A stretch of 58,984 nt of DNA, the filler included, from Bipalium vagum (Eukaryota): assembly GCA_037834085.1 (NCBI GenBank). It is 3 parts of 3 records of this genome, joined end to end, with 100 filler letters (N's around TTAATTAATTAA, not from the genome) between each part and the next. Parts side by side here need not be neighbours in the genome. Positions count along the whole stretch, not along the records: positions 1 to 21,944 come from JBBMKC010228973.1; positions 22,045 to 41,609 come from JBBMKC010268948.1; 1 more part is not named here. The stretch is one strand, 5' to 3'. Both the position numbers and the translations under genes were made by a program. Within the stretch, counting starts at the first letter, position 1. Every line of letters begins with the position of its first letter. The notes under the pieces were generated by a model. That model had not been told where the DNA came from, made no database searches, and saw only the letters and a program-made list of their open reading frames with translations. Shown here in pieces: positions 11,310-25,000 of this stretch.

Positions 11310-12779
11310 ATAAATATGTCGATATTCATTGAAACCCGTTTCGATAATTGTAGTCTGCAAGAGATAATCGATATTTTCGATACTTATATGAGTTTTTCTC
11401 CAGACTCTTGTCATTAATCAGTCTGGGTTTCGTCTTTTCCATGATCAATGTCCAACGACGCTGATTGACACAGAGTTTGAATTGATTTTCTGCCCTTCCT
11501 CTGTTTTCTCGTTTTACCTTTTGTCTTAATTTTTTTCTTCGATTTTCTCCACGTGCCAACCCATTTGCTTGCCCACGTGCTTTCTCGCAAAATGTGCCAC
11601 GCTATATTTTTTGTGCCATTTTTGGTATGTACATTACTCAATTACTCCTTGAATCAAAATTCTGTCTTGTATTAGAAATAAAAATAATTTTTATATTGTT
11701 TTCTTTGAGTGTTTTTATTATTATTAATACCACTGTTATTATTTCATTTGTATATTTTAAAATTATTTTATTAATTTATATTTTGAATTTTAAAATCTTT
11801 ATTACGTTTTAAATTAATTTTTTATATTATGATTTCTAATAACAATAATTATTTTTTTTTGCTAATATATTTTATTTTATGAAAATTGATTAAATAACAA
11901 TATGTTCAAATTATGATTAATAATGTTAAAATAATTTATCTATTTCAATGTATTATTAATAATTAATAACGAGAAGTTGTGAATTTTTATTTTATTTGTG
12001 CTTGGAGTAAAGATGTTTAATAAATCTTCCAGTGTTAGAATTTGTTATGAAAGTAGACAATTTGTAGTGGTGATTTGTGAAAATTTAGGAATTGTAATTC
12101 TGTCAAAAACATGTTACACGAAAAATTTTCTTAATTGACTTTTAATCGATATTATTTTATATAATAATACCAGATTTTACTACAAATCAATACTAATAAA
12201 AGAGTAGATTGTAATTTTCATGATTCTTGGAATTGTAAAACTTTTTCTATTTTCATCGAAAATGAATGAATTTTCTTTTGATATTGATATATATAATTTT
12301 TAATTAATTAACATAAATATAAAAATTTAAATATAAGTTATAAATTCTTCATATACTATTAATTCTTCAAATACTATTTAATACTAGATTAAATTAATAA
12401 TTAAATTTTGAGACATAAAAAGATATTCATAACTCTTGATGTTAGTAAGCAGGAAATTAAATTTATGTCTTACATTTTTAATAATTATAAATTATTTTTG
12501 TTTTTAATATTTATTATTAATTTTTAATTAATTAATTTTGATTTTATTTAGTTTTTTTGAATATTTTGTAGAATTTTAATTTAATCAATAATCAAATTTT
12601 TCAATATGATGAAGTCAATTTATTTTACAATAAACAAATGATTTTTTGATAAATTTTTTAAAATTTTCTATTTAGGTCTTAAATATAAACCTAGTTAAAT
12701 AGTAAAAAATTATTGGTGTGAATATGCTGTAATTTAAAATTCGATATTATAAATATCTCAATCTACTAGATTGCTTCTT

Positions 12780-12980
12780 GTACTGAAATTTCGAAACTTA
12801 TCTCCAAAACACAAAGAAATGAAAGTATTAATCTGTATGTGATGGAGCCAAATGGGTGTAATGCTACAATGAAGTAACCAAACCGTCAATGCTAAGTATT
12901 AAAAACAATAATTGATAGGATTAAACAGGACATTGAAAGATAATCAAGCACAGAGACACGAAAAAGTTATCTTCAAGAAC
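12780..12980 (+). mobile_element. mariner transposase relic
   Basis: KVLICM*WSQMGV...NQTVNAKY*KQ*LIGLNRTLK matches the mariner KVLLCIWWDxxGV...TVNAxxYxxQL block. Confidence 0.65.
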
Positions 12981-15363
12981 TATTAATCATTCAATATTAT
13001 TATTACTTGTTATTGTTTAAACCCATTAGGTAATTTAAATTTTTATTTTAAAATTAAAGATTCCAATCGATTGATCATACATTTTTAAAATAGTGATTTT
13101 TAATTTTTTTTGATGTCTTCATAAACAAGCTATGAGAAATATTTATTGAAATTGATTATTATTTACTTTACAAAAATACTTGATAAAATAAAAAATTATT
13201 ACTACGACTGTCCAAATTTATCTGACGCAGATCAGATTAATTTTGAAGCTTAGCATTTAAAAATAAGAAAATGATGTTATATTAATCTGGTGATGAATGC
13301 TAAGAACGAAATTAGTGTTGCTTTAGGTAGAAACTTTTTTGAGAGAGAATTATAAATTAAATATAATTATAGGATAACAATAATGAAAGTACAATATAAT
13401 TTAGTGAGTAATATAATTTATAGAACATTTACAATTCAAAGAAAATTGGCACTAACAGTCAGAAACTGAAATTTACATATTATTGATTCGTGCTTTATTA
13501 TTTTTAAATAAGCGTATTTTACACTGTTTCATCATATAAAGTTTCAAAAAATTGATTCTAAGAAATGTGAAATAGAATATGGTAACTTGAATTTTAACGA
13601 AGAGATAGTAAGATATTGGATCAGGTTGTAAATTTAAGTATTAAAATTGAATAACGGCGATCAAATTCGATTTTGACTAATAGAATTTTTGTAATAATCG
13701 ATCTCTGAGATCAAGTCAAAGAGTTACGAAAAATTGAGCTAGTTTTCCAAATAAATAATAATAAGTAAATTAAGTGAAATTTACTTTTAATTATCTTTAA
13801 AATAATTATTAACAACAAAATTTTTAAGTCTAATTTTTATTTATTTTTAATAAGTGAATTTTAAATTTTCAAAAAATATTAAATCAATAGATCAAATTAT
13901 TAGTTTATTAATTTAATTTTAAAATATAATTATTGATTTATTTAAACACTATTTATAAAAAATTTCAAGTGAAGCATATATTAATTTTATCCGAAATTTT
14001 AAAAAATTATTATTAGATTATATTTTGTAATTTTTTAAAATAAAAAAATGTTTAGTATGAATTATAATATGCACAGTTTTATTTGAAAAGAGGGATCCAA
14101 ATCATTTATGAATGTTTACTGAAGGTGATCTGAAAAAAATAAATTATATAATAAAACCAAAAACAGATTTATATAAGACTTGGATTCTTAAACCGATGGG
14201 AAGAATTAAATCACCGCGTGTATACATTTAGGAAATTTTCTATAGTCAATCGTAACAATACTTAATTATTGAAAAGTTTGAAAAATTTCTATAACGGTGA
14301 TCTTTGAATGGAAATTAATATTTTTCACAAAAGATATTAAAATTTGTGTAGGATTTTATAAATTAACTTTACAAAAAATGTGAAAATATAAATTTTATTT
14401 TGTAGTTTGAAACGAATTTTATCATTTGTCGAATCCAGAGAAAAGCACTGCTATCAAAACAATAACTTCGACTAGTTTTTTTTATAAAGACTTAGCTTAA
14501 AATGAGTTAAACATCGGCATGGTGTATTCCTTAGTTTCATTACTCTGATATGCATGCATTCTTTGAAAAAGAAAATTTAAAGTTTCCAGCGAAATGTGTG
14601 GATGCGTAACTTTCCTGTCCAATGTTTCTATGCTTATCATTCAAAACAAAAAAACCAATTTTAAACTATTCTATCCATCTACGATAAATATTGTTAAAAA
14701 CCTCTTCAGCAGTCCATCGTGACATAATATATTTCTTCCATTCATATACAAAAATGCAGATTTTTTAAAATTTTCATTATTCTGGTTTAAATCTAATTCC
14801 AATTCATAAATATCTAAACAAAGAATATTTGCATCAGTAATGTTGAATTAACCATTGTTTTCTTTCACTAAATATAACTTGAATGAAATATTGGAAAATT
14901 AAAATTAATAATTAAAAAAAATTATTAAATATACAAAATTTAGAATTTTCACGAAAAATTCATATTTAAGTTTTTAATGATATAAACATATTGCACGTAT
15001 TAAGTACAATTTCAAAACCGTAATAATAATATTCAGATTATATCAATATTATCTGATATAAATAATGGAAATATATATCTTCTTGGTGAGCGATCTGAAA
15101 TAAATTAATTTTATGATAGAATAATAATCCAATATACGATTAGACTAGTAGTTTATTAATAAAGCTTCTTGAAAATAATCGATATTAATTAAAATATTGA
15201 GTAATAGAAAATAGTGTTCATAACATTTTCAGGACTAAATATGATAAATTTTAGTTCCGATCATTTTCTTGTTGAACCTATGGAAAATTAAAAATCAGTT
15301 GATTGATATAGAGCTCAGCAAATTTTTTATATTAATGATTGGGTGTCAATGGTTTTTTTCCAG

Positions 15364-15638
15364 GAAATAGAAAATGTTAACACTAGATCTCATGCTAGAG
15401 TCGATATGCATTTTACCAATTTGAAAAAGGGTTCCGAAGATTTAAAAACTACGTTTGAGTTAGAACGCATTACCTTGATGAGAATTAACGATCACGAACT
15501 GGACAATATTGATCAATATCTGTTACGAATTTATCCGAATGAATTGTTATCTCTTCAATACGACAAACTGGATCTGAATCCATCAATGTTTTATGAAGCC
15601 ATCGTGGAGTACGTTACAAATTTCAGCAATATTAATGA
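15364..15638 (+). CDS. Putative orphan exon, unknown protein
   Basis: Frame open from 15307 to 15675 in very AT-rich DNA, with a ttttttccag acceptor at 15363 and possible donors at 15609 or 15639. No family recognised. Confidence 0.4.
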
Positions 15639-16399
15639 GTTTGTTTTATTGATTTTCTATTATAATTATTTTTAGATTTATCAATTTTTAAAATTAGTTT
15701 ATTTTTCTTTTATTTATAATTATACGATCTAAATATTATAAAAATTTAACAACCATAAAATGTGATAATCACTAATTATTTTAAAAAAATATTGTATTCA
15801 TTTCTTTTTTTTAAATGTTTTCGAATAAATCTGATTCACGAAAAATCAATTTTAATTTAAAGATATTTTCATATAATCGATTTTTTTTAATAATTTGTAA
15901 AACAAATAAAATATCAATTATTGATTTTCTATTTTTACTCAATTATCCTGTGAAACATATCTCTACATAAATTATTGATCATTCTCATTATTTATTGATT
16001 ATATAAACAATAATTATATTTATTTTTTTATAATATATTTTAAAATTATTTCCATCAATATTATAAATTTATTCTTATTACTTTTTATGGAAATAAATTA
16101 TATTTTTAAAATAATAATAATTTAAATGGATGATGAAATTAGCATTATTTATCATAAATTTTATTGGTTTGTTTTTAATAATAATCAATAAAAAAAAATA
16201 ATAAATAATAGTCGATTATATATTGTGAATATAAAAAAAGTATTCGATTTTGAATCTCAGAAAAATATATTCAATTAAAAATTTTCGAAGCAATAGAATT
16301 TCCAAAATTTAATGTAAGAGTTTAAATGTTTTAATATTAGGTTTAGGAATAAGTTTTAGTTCATTTTTTTTAGTCCACGTTATTAAAAAGGTAATATAT

Positions 16400-17430
16400 T
16401 TATTTTTGTACGACAGAGATTCAAAAAATCAGTCATCAACATAATATCCATTATTGGAATTCACATTTTGCCATCTTTAAGGTAATTGTCGAATCCCGGA
16501 ACGATAGAAAGATATTGGTTTTGATGCAAGATAATTCTTGACAAAATCTCATATCTGGTCAACATTTTTGAAACGACATTCGGCTAATTTATGTTTCAAT
16601 GAGCGAAACAAATGAAAATCTGTAGGAGAAAGGTCTGGAGAATAAGCCGCTTGTGGAAGAACTTCTCATTCTAACTGTAAAATTGTTTCCTGAGTATGTT
16701 TCGCTACACGCGGTCCGGAATTGTCGTTTAGCCCAAAAAATGTCTTTTTTCTCGATTTGTTTAGCCAAATGCAGCAATTTTTTGCTATAACGTACCGCAT
16801 AATCATTTAACCAGCTTGGAGGAGGTCTTTGAATCGACTATACCAGTATTTATATCTACTGTGGGAAACGGCATTATTACCAAGAACGGAACATATTGAT
16901 TTAAATGCCTAGGATGCATTTTTTTCTTGATCAAATTCACATCCTCGGCAACACCAAACGTAAAATTTTTCATCACTCATTTTGAAGATTGATATTTTGG
17001 TTTTTATAAAATAACTTAAGTATAAAATTAATATATTTATAAATTTTAATATATTGATTACCAATGTAAAATTTCGCGGCAGTTATTTGATAATATTTGA
17101 ATTAGTAAAACAACGATGAAAAAATGGCTTAAAACTTATGCCTTATTAATAGAATCGACAATAATTCATCTTTTCAAAACTTTATTTTCAATAATAAGGC
17201 AACTATTTCCTGAAATGAATATGTCAACAGGCACAATTTGGAGGATTGAATCTCCTAAAGAAATCATACCGCAATCCAAATCTAGTCCAAAAGTTTATGT
17301 TTAGATGGGTTTTTTAATTTTCCGTGTTTATGGTCCATCTGTCTTTCGTGAGAGTGTGAATAAAGAATTATTGAGAAATTATTAAGACCTACTTAAGTCT
17401 GGCTTAATGCCACAACCTTATCTCAAAATT
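16400..17430 (+). mobile_element. Fragmented rosa/D,D41D-like Tc1-mariner relics
   Basis: IWRIESPKEIIPQSKSSPKVYV*MGF...VYGPSVFRESVN matches NCRIWxxENP...SPKVxVWCG...GPYFF. Further weak fragments lie at 16400-16950. Confidence 0.6.
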
Positions 17431-20400
17431 AAAAATTAAATAGTTTTTTAACAAGATTGTTTTCATTATTCACATTTTGTAAAAGATTTCTTAAACTAAT
17501 TTTACTGAAAGATTGTTTGGCAGAAATATAAAATCAATATCGGTAAAAGCTGACTTGAAACCGTCATCTGCTACTCTATCAACTTTACCAACCAACGAAT
17601 TTGCAATTATCAGTAGTTTGGACATAATCATAGGTTTGATCAATTTTTTCCAATTGCCAATTATTGGTTTCTTTTTTTGTCTAATTGATGATAAAATCAA
17701 TTTTTTGATTGTTGGAAATTCAAATCGGGCATATATTCTCACAGATATTTATCCTCTCCATTTGTGTCACAACTTTATTGTATGATATTGTCAAATTTTA
17801 TTTTTCTGCGATTCTTTGAATGCATACACATACCAGCTTATAGACACACTCTATTCACTAACACTCAATAAAAACCAATAGACCACACCCAACAAAGACA
17901 ACGCAGAATGAAACATGGAATCTTCAACACCAAAAATATTCTAACTACCTTTGAAAATACATCCTTCAGTCATTACAGTAATCTTGTGTTTTCATTTCTA
18001 TTTTTATTATCATATCATAGTAACCATCAATATTTCTGCTCAAATTGAAAATTGCTGACAAGCCACCTGTTCATTGATAAATTTCAATCGATCCATAGAA
18101 AACATTCTTAATGTAAACATTATTAATCCGATAGTTGAAACCCAAAAATACAAAAAACATAATTTTTAAATAATATTTATGATAATAGAAATAATCGATA
18201 ATCGTTTTTGTCATAAAAATTTATTATTATTATCAATGTTATTAATTTTGTTTAACACTCAGACTCGATCACAGACAATCGTTTTTCGACATTATTAAAT
18301 GGGCGGTTTTATTTGACAATGAAAAGCAAAGAATCCATCTTCCGATCAATTGTCTTTCAGCCGTTGAAACTTTGTCCTATGTCTCATCTCATCTGCAATC
18401 GCATAAGTTCAAGGATCGATCTGAGCTGGCCTTGCCCACTGTGACTAGTCATGCAATAAGTTTTGATATATTGATTTATTTGAGTGGAGATTGTGAATCT
18501 GATGAATAGTAAAATGCGGACGGCACAGAACAGAGTCAGAAAAAATTAACTTTGAAAACATCGATATTTGCTATATCCTATTGTTTTTTTTATCGAGACA
18601 CACACGTGCGAGCTCTGCCAATCAATCACAAATAGACAGATTTGGTTTCTCAATGAAATGGTGATCTTGTCTTTCTCTGTATTTCTTCTTTGAGATAATA
18701 ATTTTCTTCGGCTCCTTTGTGTTTTTCAAAGTCCGATCTCTTTTTGGTGTATGTGTGTGTCTGTGTGCTTGCGTGGAACTGGTATTTGTGTCTCTAACCC
18801 AATTGTATATTTATGTACAGCGATCTTCTGCGGAACACTGGTTCATGTTACACAGCAATATTTTACCAATGTTGTCCATAAGTGTATCGCGTATTATTAT
18901 TAATTATCCGAAAATTATAATTACTTTATTTTGAGAGCAATACAATTTATTTTGTCCATGTGATGATTTCTGTAATTTAGTTACATCTTAGAGAGGGTGA
19001 TGATAGAACAACAGAAGAGAGAAACTTAAAAACATGACACCATCAGAAAAACAGTTTTAAAACAAGGGCAACAAAGAAAATAGTGATAGTTTTAGAAACT
19101 TTCTTTTATTATTAATCAAAATTTATGAAAAACAGAGAATGCAAAAAAAGAAAAATAAGACAGTAAGTCAAGAACCTCCTTCGTATTAGATAGGAATGGA
19201 TTATTTGTTGATAGTCAGAAGGCATCAAAGGACAAAAGTGAATTTATTGTTTCGGAAATATATTTATGTAAAGTACATAGAATCTTATAAGAAAGTTGGT
19301 GCAAGAAATGCATTAAATCATTAATCTTTAAGTTAAAATGAGTTAGTTTTCATGGAAAAGGGATATTTTCTGCTATATTACATCATCCTTTAAAAATGAT
19401 ATGTCAATGAGATCAAAAATTGTAATAAATAGTTTTATTAAATATTAATTAGTAAATTTTATACTTAAGTCATTAATTTGAAAATTTATTGATATTCTTG
19501 TTACTGTGGACAATCCAAATTTATCATTTTTTTAATGCCTTTGATTAATTTTTGTATTGTTGGGTTTGTCAAAGGAGATGGTGAATAATAGTGATAATAA
19601 GATTAAACCCCAAAGGTCGTAGATAATAATTATTATATAGTATTAATAATAATAAAAATATATTAAAAGTATTATCAAAATTTCGTTATATTGATGATAA
19701 CAAAGAATTGTGCTCGCCGTTTGGAAAATAAATTATTTTTAATATACTTCTACTTCGACCTAGAGATAAAATTAGAATTTATGGGCAATTAGGTGAAATA
19801 TCCGTCTAAGAACATAGAGATTGGTGATCGTAGACCAATTATTACGACAAAAATTTGCCCAAAGATTGCTAGAATAATTTAAGTAGCAAAAATTATTTGT
19901 AGAAGACGAATTTTGAAATTTTGGGTGATTCATTTTTAAGGATGGAGAATATTTTAAAGAAAATTGATTGTTACTAAGCGGAATTTATAGAAGATTTTGT
20001 TTGTTTTTCATTCTCTTACTTTTTATCCTAATTATATTGTGTTTAGCCATAATTGTTTCATTTGTCTTTAACATTGGTTTGTGATTTTTGGGAATCGATT
20101 ATTAACATTATTCAGATATTTGATCAGTGATTTTTTGATCGGCGTTATTGCAAACAATTATGTTTTTAAGTATAATAAGGTTTTATTGTGGTAGTTTTGA
20201 TTCATTTGAGTATAAAATTGTGAAGATGTTAAAAAAACTGACACTACATTAAAAAGTGAGTAGTTAGTGAATTCGACCTCAAGTTACATATTTTAATTAA
20301 GGAAAATAGTAACAGTATAGTTAATGATATAAATTTCGTAATGAAAAGTGGCGGTTAGTTTTTATCAATTTGATAATTATTTATGATCCTTCCACTTTCT

Positions 20401-20739
20401 TTGAAGACTACATCCCATTTTATTTTAGAGATAGTTCTTTCTATTGTCCTTAACGGTATTCCAGTTATTTTATATTTTTCTTCTGGGCTTTCCAAATCTT
20501 TTTATATAAAATTTGAACTTGAAAATGTGTGGTCTTCATTTTGGCTAATTAATCTAAAAAATTATCAAAATAGTGGCCATTATAAAATTATATTTAGAAT
20601 AATTGTATTTCTAAAAGTATTTTACAAAGTGCTTAAAATAACCGCCTGGTATTGAAAAAAATTGACAATGAAACTCTTATTATCAAACCCCCATTTTTAT
20701 TGTGACAACTATAATTCCACTATTTAATATCATGTTTAT

Positions 20740-21400
20740 TTTGTTTGTCTTTACTTACTGCTGTTGCAATTTAAAAGGCATGTGTAGTTCGAAATTTAAA
20801 TTTTTGTATCCAGATCACTTACGTATCACATTATTTTATAATTGTGCAATAAAAGTAACTTTATTGCATCTGTATTAATAACAAAAGAAGTTAAAAATTT
20901 TTCGGAAATATGGTGCAACCACCAAAACTAATTTTAATACGCTGGGGACCTGGTTAGATGCATCTACATACTATTTGAAAAACCTACTATAACTTAAAAT
21001 TATAGTTAACAGTTCTGACGAAAAAGGGTTATTAGTGTTTCAAACAAAAAATCAATAAATAAAAATGATTTAATACCAAACTTGTTACTCAATTAATATT
21101 TTTAACTGTTTAATCTTAGTAACTATTTCATTGAACAATTTAAGAGTTCTCAAAGCACATGATACCATTAAAAATCTGTTCTTTTAAGAAGATCCTTGTG
21201 GCATTAAGCACTAAGTGAATGATCAGAATGAAATAAGGACAATTATTGAATTACAGTGATATTTAACCTTAATTTTATACTAAACTTCAAAAACGTCAAC
21301 CAATTACGTCAGTCTGAAGAAGTTTCTCTTTTAAAGGAGCATTTATCAAAAATATATCCAAAATTCAAATTATAAAACATAAATTAAAAATTGCAAAGTA
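20740..21400 (+). mobile_element. hAT-like transposase relic
   Basis: LKFLYPDHLRIT, PPKLILIRWG/TWLDASTYY (the TRWGTWL block) and PITSV*RSFS (dimerisation-domain ERSFS). Confidence 0.6.
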
Positions 21401-21944
21401 AATTTTATTTTTCTTTCAGTCAATTTTCTGGGGGGATCTTTTTAGTAAAAAATAATACATAAATGTAAAATATAATTGTTGAAGGTTTTGTCTAAATTGT
21501 AGGCTTAATAAATGATTGAGCATTCCTTTTAATTAACTCATTTTATTATCAAACCAAGTTACAAATTTGTGACTGGCACTAAATAAATTCTCTACACTCG
21601 ACTTTAAAAATATCAAAATACGTGTTTTGAATACAAAATAAAGTTAAATAGTAAACTGCCATTCGCTTTTAAAAAAGACTAAAGTATAGTACTTGAGCAT
21701 TAAATGAAATTTTTTTGTTATCTCCCTTTTTTTATTTATCATTTCACAGACTAAGTAGGGTGATGAGGTAAATTTTTTCTTACTGAGAATTTCTGAGCCT
21801 AAGAGCGAGATGATTTTTTTAACCGAAACAACTAAGTTAAGAGATTTTATCAATGACGATACTTTTTAATTAGCAATTATTTGCTGTTTTATTCAGTAAT
21901 ATTATTAACATATTACTAATTAAAATGGCAATTTTGTGTCGATT

Positions 21945-22044
21945 NNNNNNNNNNNNNNNNNNNNNNNNNNNNNNNNNNNNNNNNNNNNTTAATTAATTAA
22001 NNNNNNNNNNNNNNNNNNNNNNNNNNNNNNNNNNNNNNNNNNNN
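21945..22044. other. Artificial contig-joining spacer N44-TTAATTAATTAA-N44
   Basis: Exactly 100 nt; the palindromic core has stops in all six frames; identical to the spacer at 41610-41709. Confidence 0.95.
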
Positions 22045-22379
22045 ATTCACAAGAATAAAAATAAATTTTCCAGATAATAAAATATATTTTTGTCTTACAT
22101 TAATTATTATATATTTTCAGTGTAGTAAAATTAATTGGTATATTGTTATATGAAAAACGATGATAATACGATGCCGCAATTAATTTAGTCAATGTGGAAC
22201 AATAATTGTTTGGCTTGGTTAATCAATGGTTTGCAGCAACATTTTCTTCCAACCTTTTTCCTATTGTGATGAATGAGGGATGAGGACTGCGAGGGCAGCA
22301 AAATTGTGATCATTATATATTTCCTCCCAGCTTCATTCTCCTTAATTGCTATTAATACTCCTTTTAGACTTTTAATAAA

Positions 22380-22730
22380 ATATTATTTTACGGTCGAACT
22401 GAACAAATCGGTTATTATAAAAATTGTATGATACCTTGACAAGATCTTCCACCTGGAAATAATTATTTTTTTTCCCTTTCGCCAATTCACAAACCCAGAG
22501 AACCTAAGAATAGTGGGTACAAAACGACTAGCAGTCTTAAAAACTTTATAACATCTTTTTATGTATTTCTGAATATAAAATTTCCCAATTAATTTGAGAC
22601 TATTAATTAAGTGGCAGTTTTCGCAAAGCCTTCGGGAATATTTGGAAATTTGGACTTTCGAAAAGTGAAAAATATCTCCTTGGTTACCCTCTAAACCTGA
22701 AGCCACAAGATCTGTATTTGTTGTAGAATC
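22380..22730 (-). mobile_element. Possible hAT (TTF-type zinc finger region) relic
   Basis: SGFVNWRKG resembles the GFxNWKK motif of hAT N-terminal TTF fingers; otherwise highly degraded. Confidence 0.35.
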
Positions 22731-24339
22731 TTTTGTTTATCTATCAATTCTTCATTATATAATAATCACTTTTTTACATTAAATCCCTTATTAAAAATGG
22801 CAACAGTCAAAATCTTATTTTAAAATCCTCTAGAATTAATTCTATAAGGATTAAAAATACCTTTTATCCCGTGTTTTAGCAAACTGGGGAAACTAAAGTA
22901 ATTAGACATATTTGTAAAACCTGAATTTATATTTGAATGTCGGATTAAATAAACCATAACATATATAACAAAATGGATCACAGAAAGCAGTTTATTTTTT
23001 ACCTATTTAATCAAATATCGGGTTGAGTTGACAGAAGTATCCATCTCCTGAGACTTCAGTTTGATGCTGCTCTTCAATAATAAATAGATAGTTCTTCCTG
23101 TCTTCCGTGATAAATTTAGCTAATTTACCTAATATAAAAAACTAGTTAACCAGATAGAAGAAAAAGCAGAAATAACCAAAATATTTGACAAACGTCTGTA
23201 GTACCATACCCTACTTGTTTTTACCGAACATAAAAGAACCTTGTTAACGATCAACGCAAAAGCATACTTGTTCTGTTTAAAAAGGATCGATACAGCAGTC
23301 GAGGAAACAAAATTCAAATAAATAAAGAAGCACAACTCAGAACCTTTTATTTCCAAGCCAAAAATAAAGACAGTTATTCAGTCAAATCAAGAAGCCCAAA
23401 ATCACCATTAAGAAAATTTTAACATTTAATTATTTTACGACAATTTTAAGTAACAGAAGGCTTATTGTGAATTCAGATAGAAAATTAAACAGTCTACTCA
23501 AATTCTACTAAATATATTAACAGCTATATATATGTGACTGTTCAACTTTTACATGTTTACATTTCAACCACATTTTGCTTTGAACACACACTCTACAAAT
23601 CCTTCTGATTATCAATAACACCTGTTAAGTTACCTAAGTTCAATTTTGATATTTTCAAGACAATCTTTTATACCAATTTTTACTTCATTATCAGATAATT
23701 TTGATCATTTGAGCAAGTCATGATCAAATGTATGGGCAGACATATTATGGCATAGATATTATATTATATTATAATTTTATGTATGCTTAATAATATTTTT
23801 CGCAAAATAATCCTAAAACTGCTGCTTTGTAAAAAAACATTAAAAGAACCACTAGAAAAATCAAAGATTAAAACAGCCTCTTTTCTCTTGCTTTCATTAC
23901 TTAATTTTTTTATTAGGTCAATGAAAAACAATCACAATAAAGTATTTTAGAAATTTCAGTATTTGCATATTATATTTAATTATAATTATACAATGAAAAT
24001 ATAAATAAATGAAAATTGATCATTGGAATTCAATTCCGTGGCTATTCAATTCTATCCCGTGACCAGAGTTCAGCAAAGGAGTAAGGAACCTTTCCTGTTG
24101 ATGCTGTATTATTTCTCATCATTATAGTTGTATAAGTTAAAATATCTGAGAATTCATAAAACAATCATTATATTAAATTAAGAGCACAATAAAACTTCAA
24201 GAAAACCTCTGGATTTCTTAAAAATCAAATGTTCACAGAAGGACAATTTCTCTGTGTAACAGTCAAAAACTTCCGTTACCGATGTATTAGGGATACGCAT
24301 AAGTAATCTTGTTTTTATTAAAAGATGTATAAATATATA

Positions 24340-25000
24340 TAGGGGTCCGCAAAAAAAAATTTTTCAATTTTTCAATCCCAGTTTTAAAAACATTCGGGTT
24401 CTGGAGTTAAAAATGGAACAGTTTCTTTTGATGACGGTTTTAATGCACGCTGCATATCGAAGATCTTAGAGTCTTTTTGAATCATGGAGATTTTGAGGCA
24501 CCCATTTATGGGAATGCAGAAACTTCACAATTGATTTCTAATGCCGTTGAACTGATGCTCATAAAGTATTTGCTTTTGTGAAATTTTCTCAATTGTTTGA
24601 GTTTGATCTTCTTCACAACATCCCGCAATTTGTCTTCTTCAAATTGACCAGAATGACCACTTCTCGGAAGGTAAAAATTTCTCTCGGAAATCTGATTAGT
24701 CATAGTTGACACTTAACTAACGAATTCGGATAGATTTCATTGATATTTGCAGTTGATGTCTCAGCATTTTTTAAAAAATTATACTGGAACGACATACAAT
24801 GTTTAATGTGGTCCCCTTCAATTTTACATTTCTCTGCCATTTCTCTATTTTAAATTCCGAAAATAATGGATTAATGATTTCAAGATTTAATAGATAACTA
24901 AAACAACTAATTATTAGCAATAATAATATATAAAGCTGGTAAATCCTATTAATTTTGCATCTTCTGATGAAAACGACACTACTAATGGATACCCCATATA
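24340..25000 (-). mobile_element. mariner-like relic (N-terminal HTH region)
   Basis: HIKHCMSFQYNFLKNAETSTANINEIY and YLPRSGH (EDxPRSGRP-like) on the minus strand. Confidence 0.55.

Noticed and set aside
21989-22000. TTAATTAATTAA palindrome as a biological site
   Set aside because: It is centred in N runs twice with identical geometry, so it is an assembly linker.
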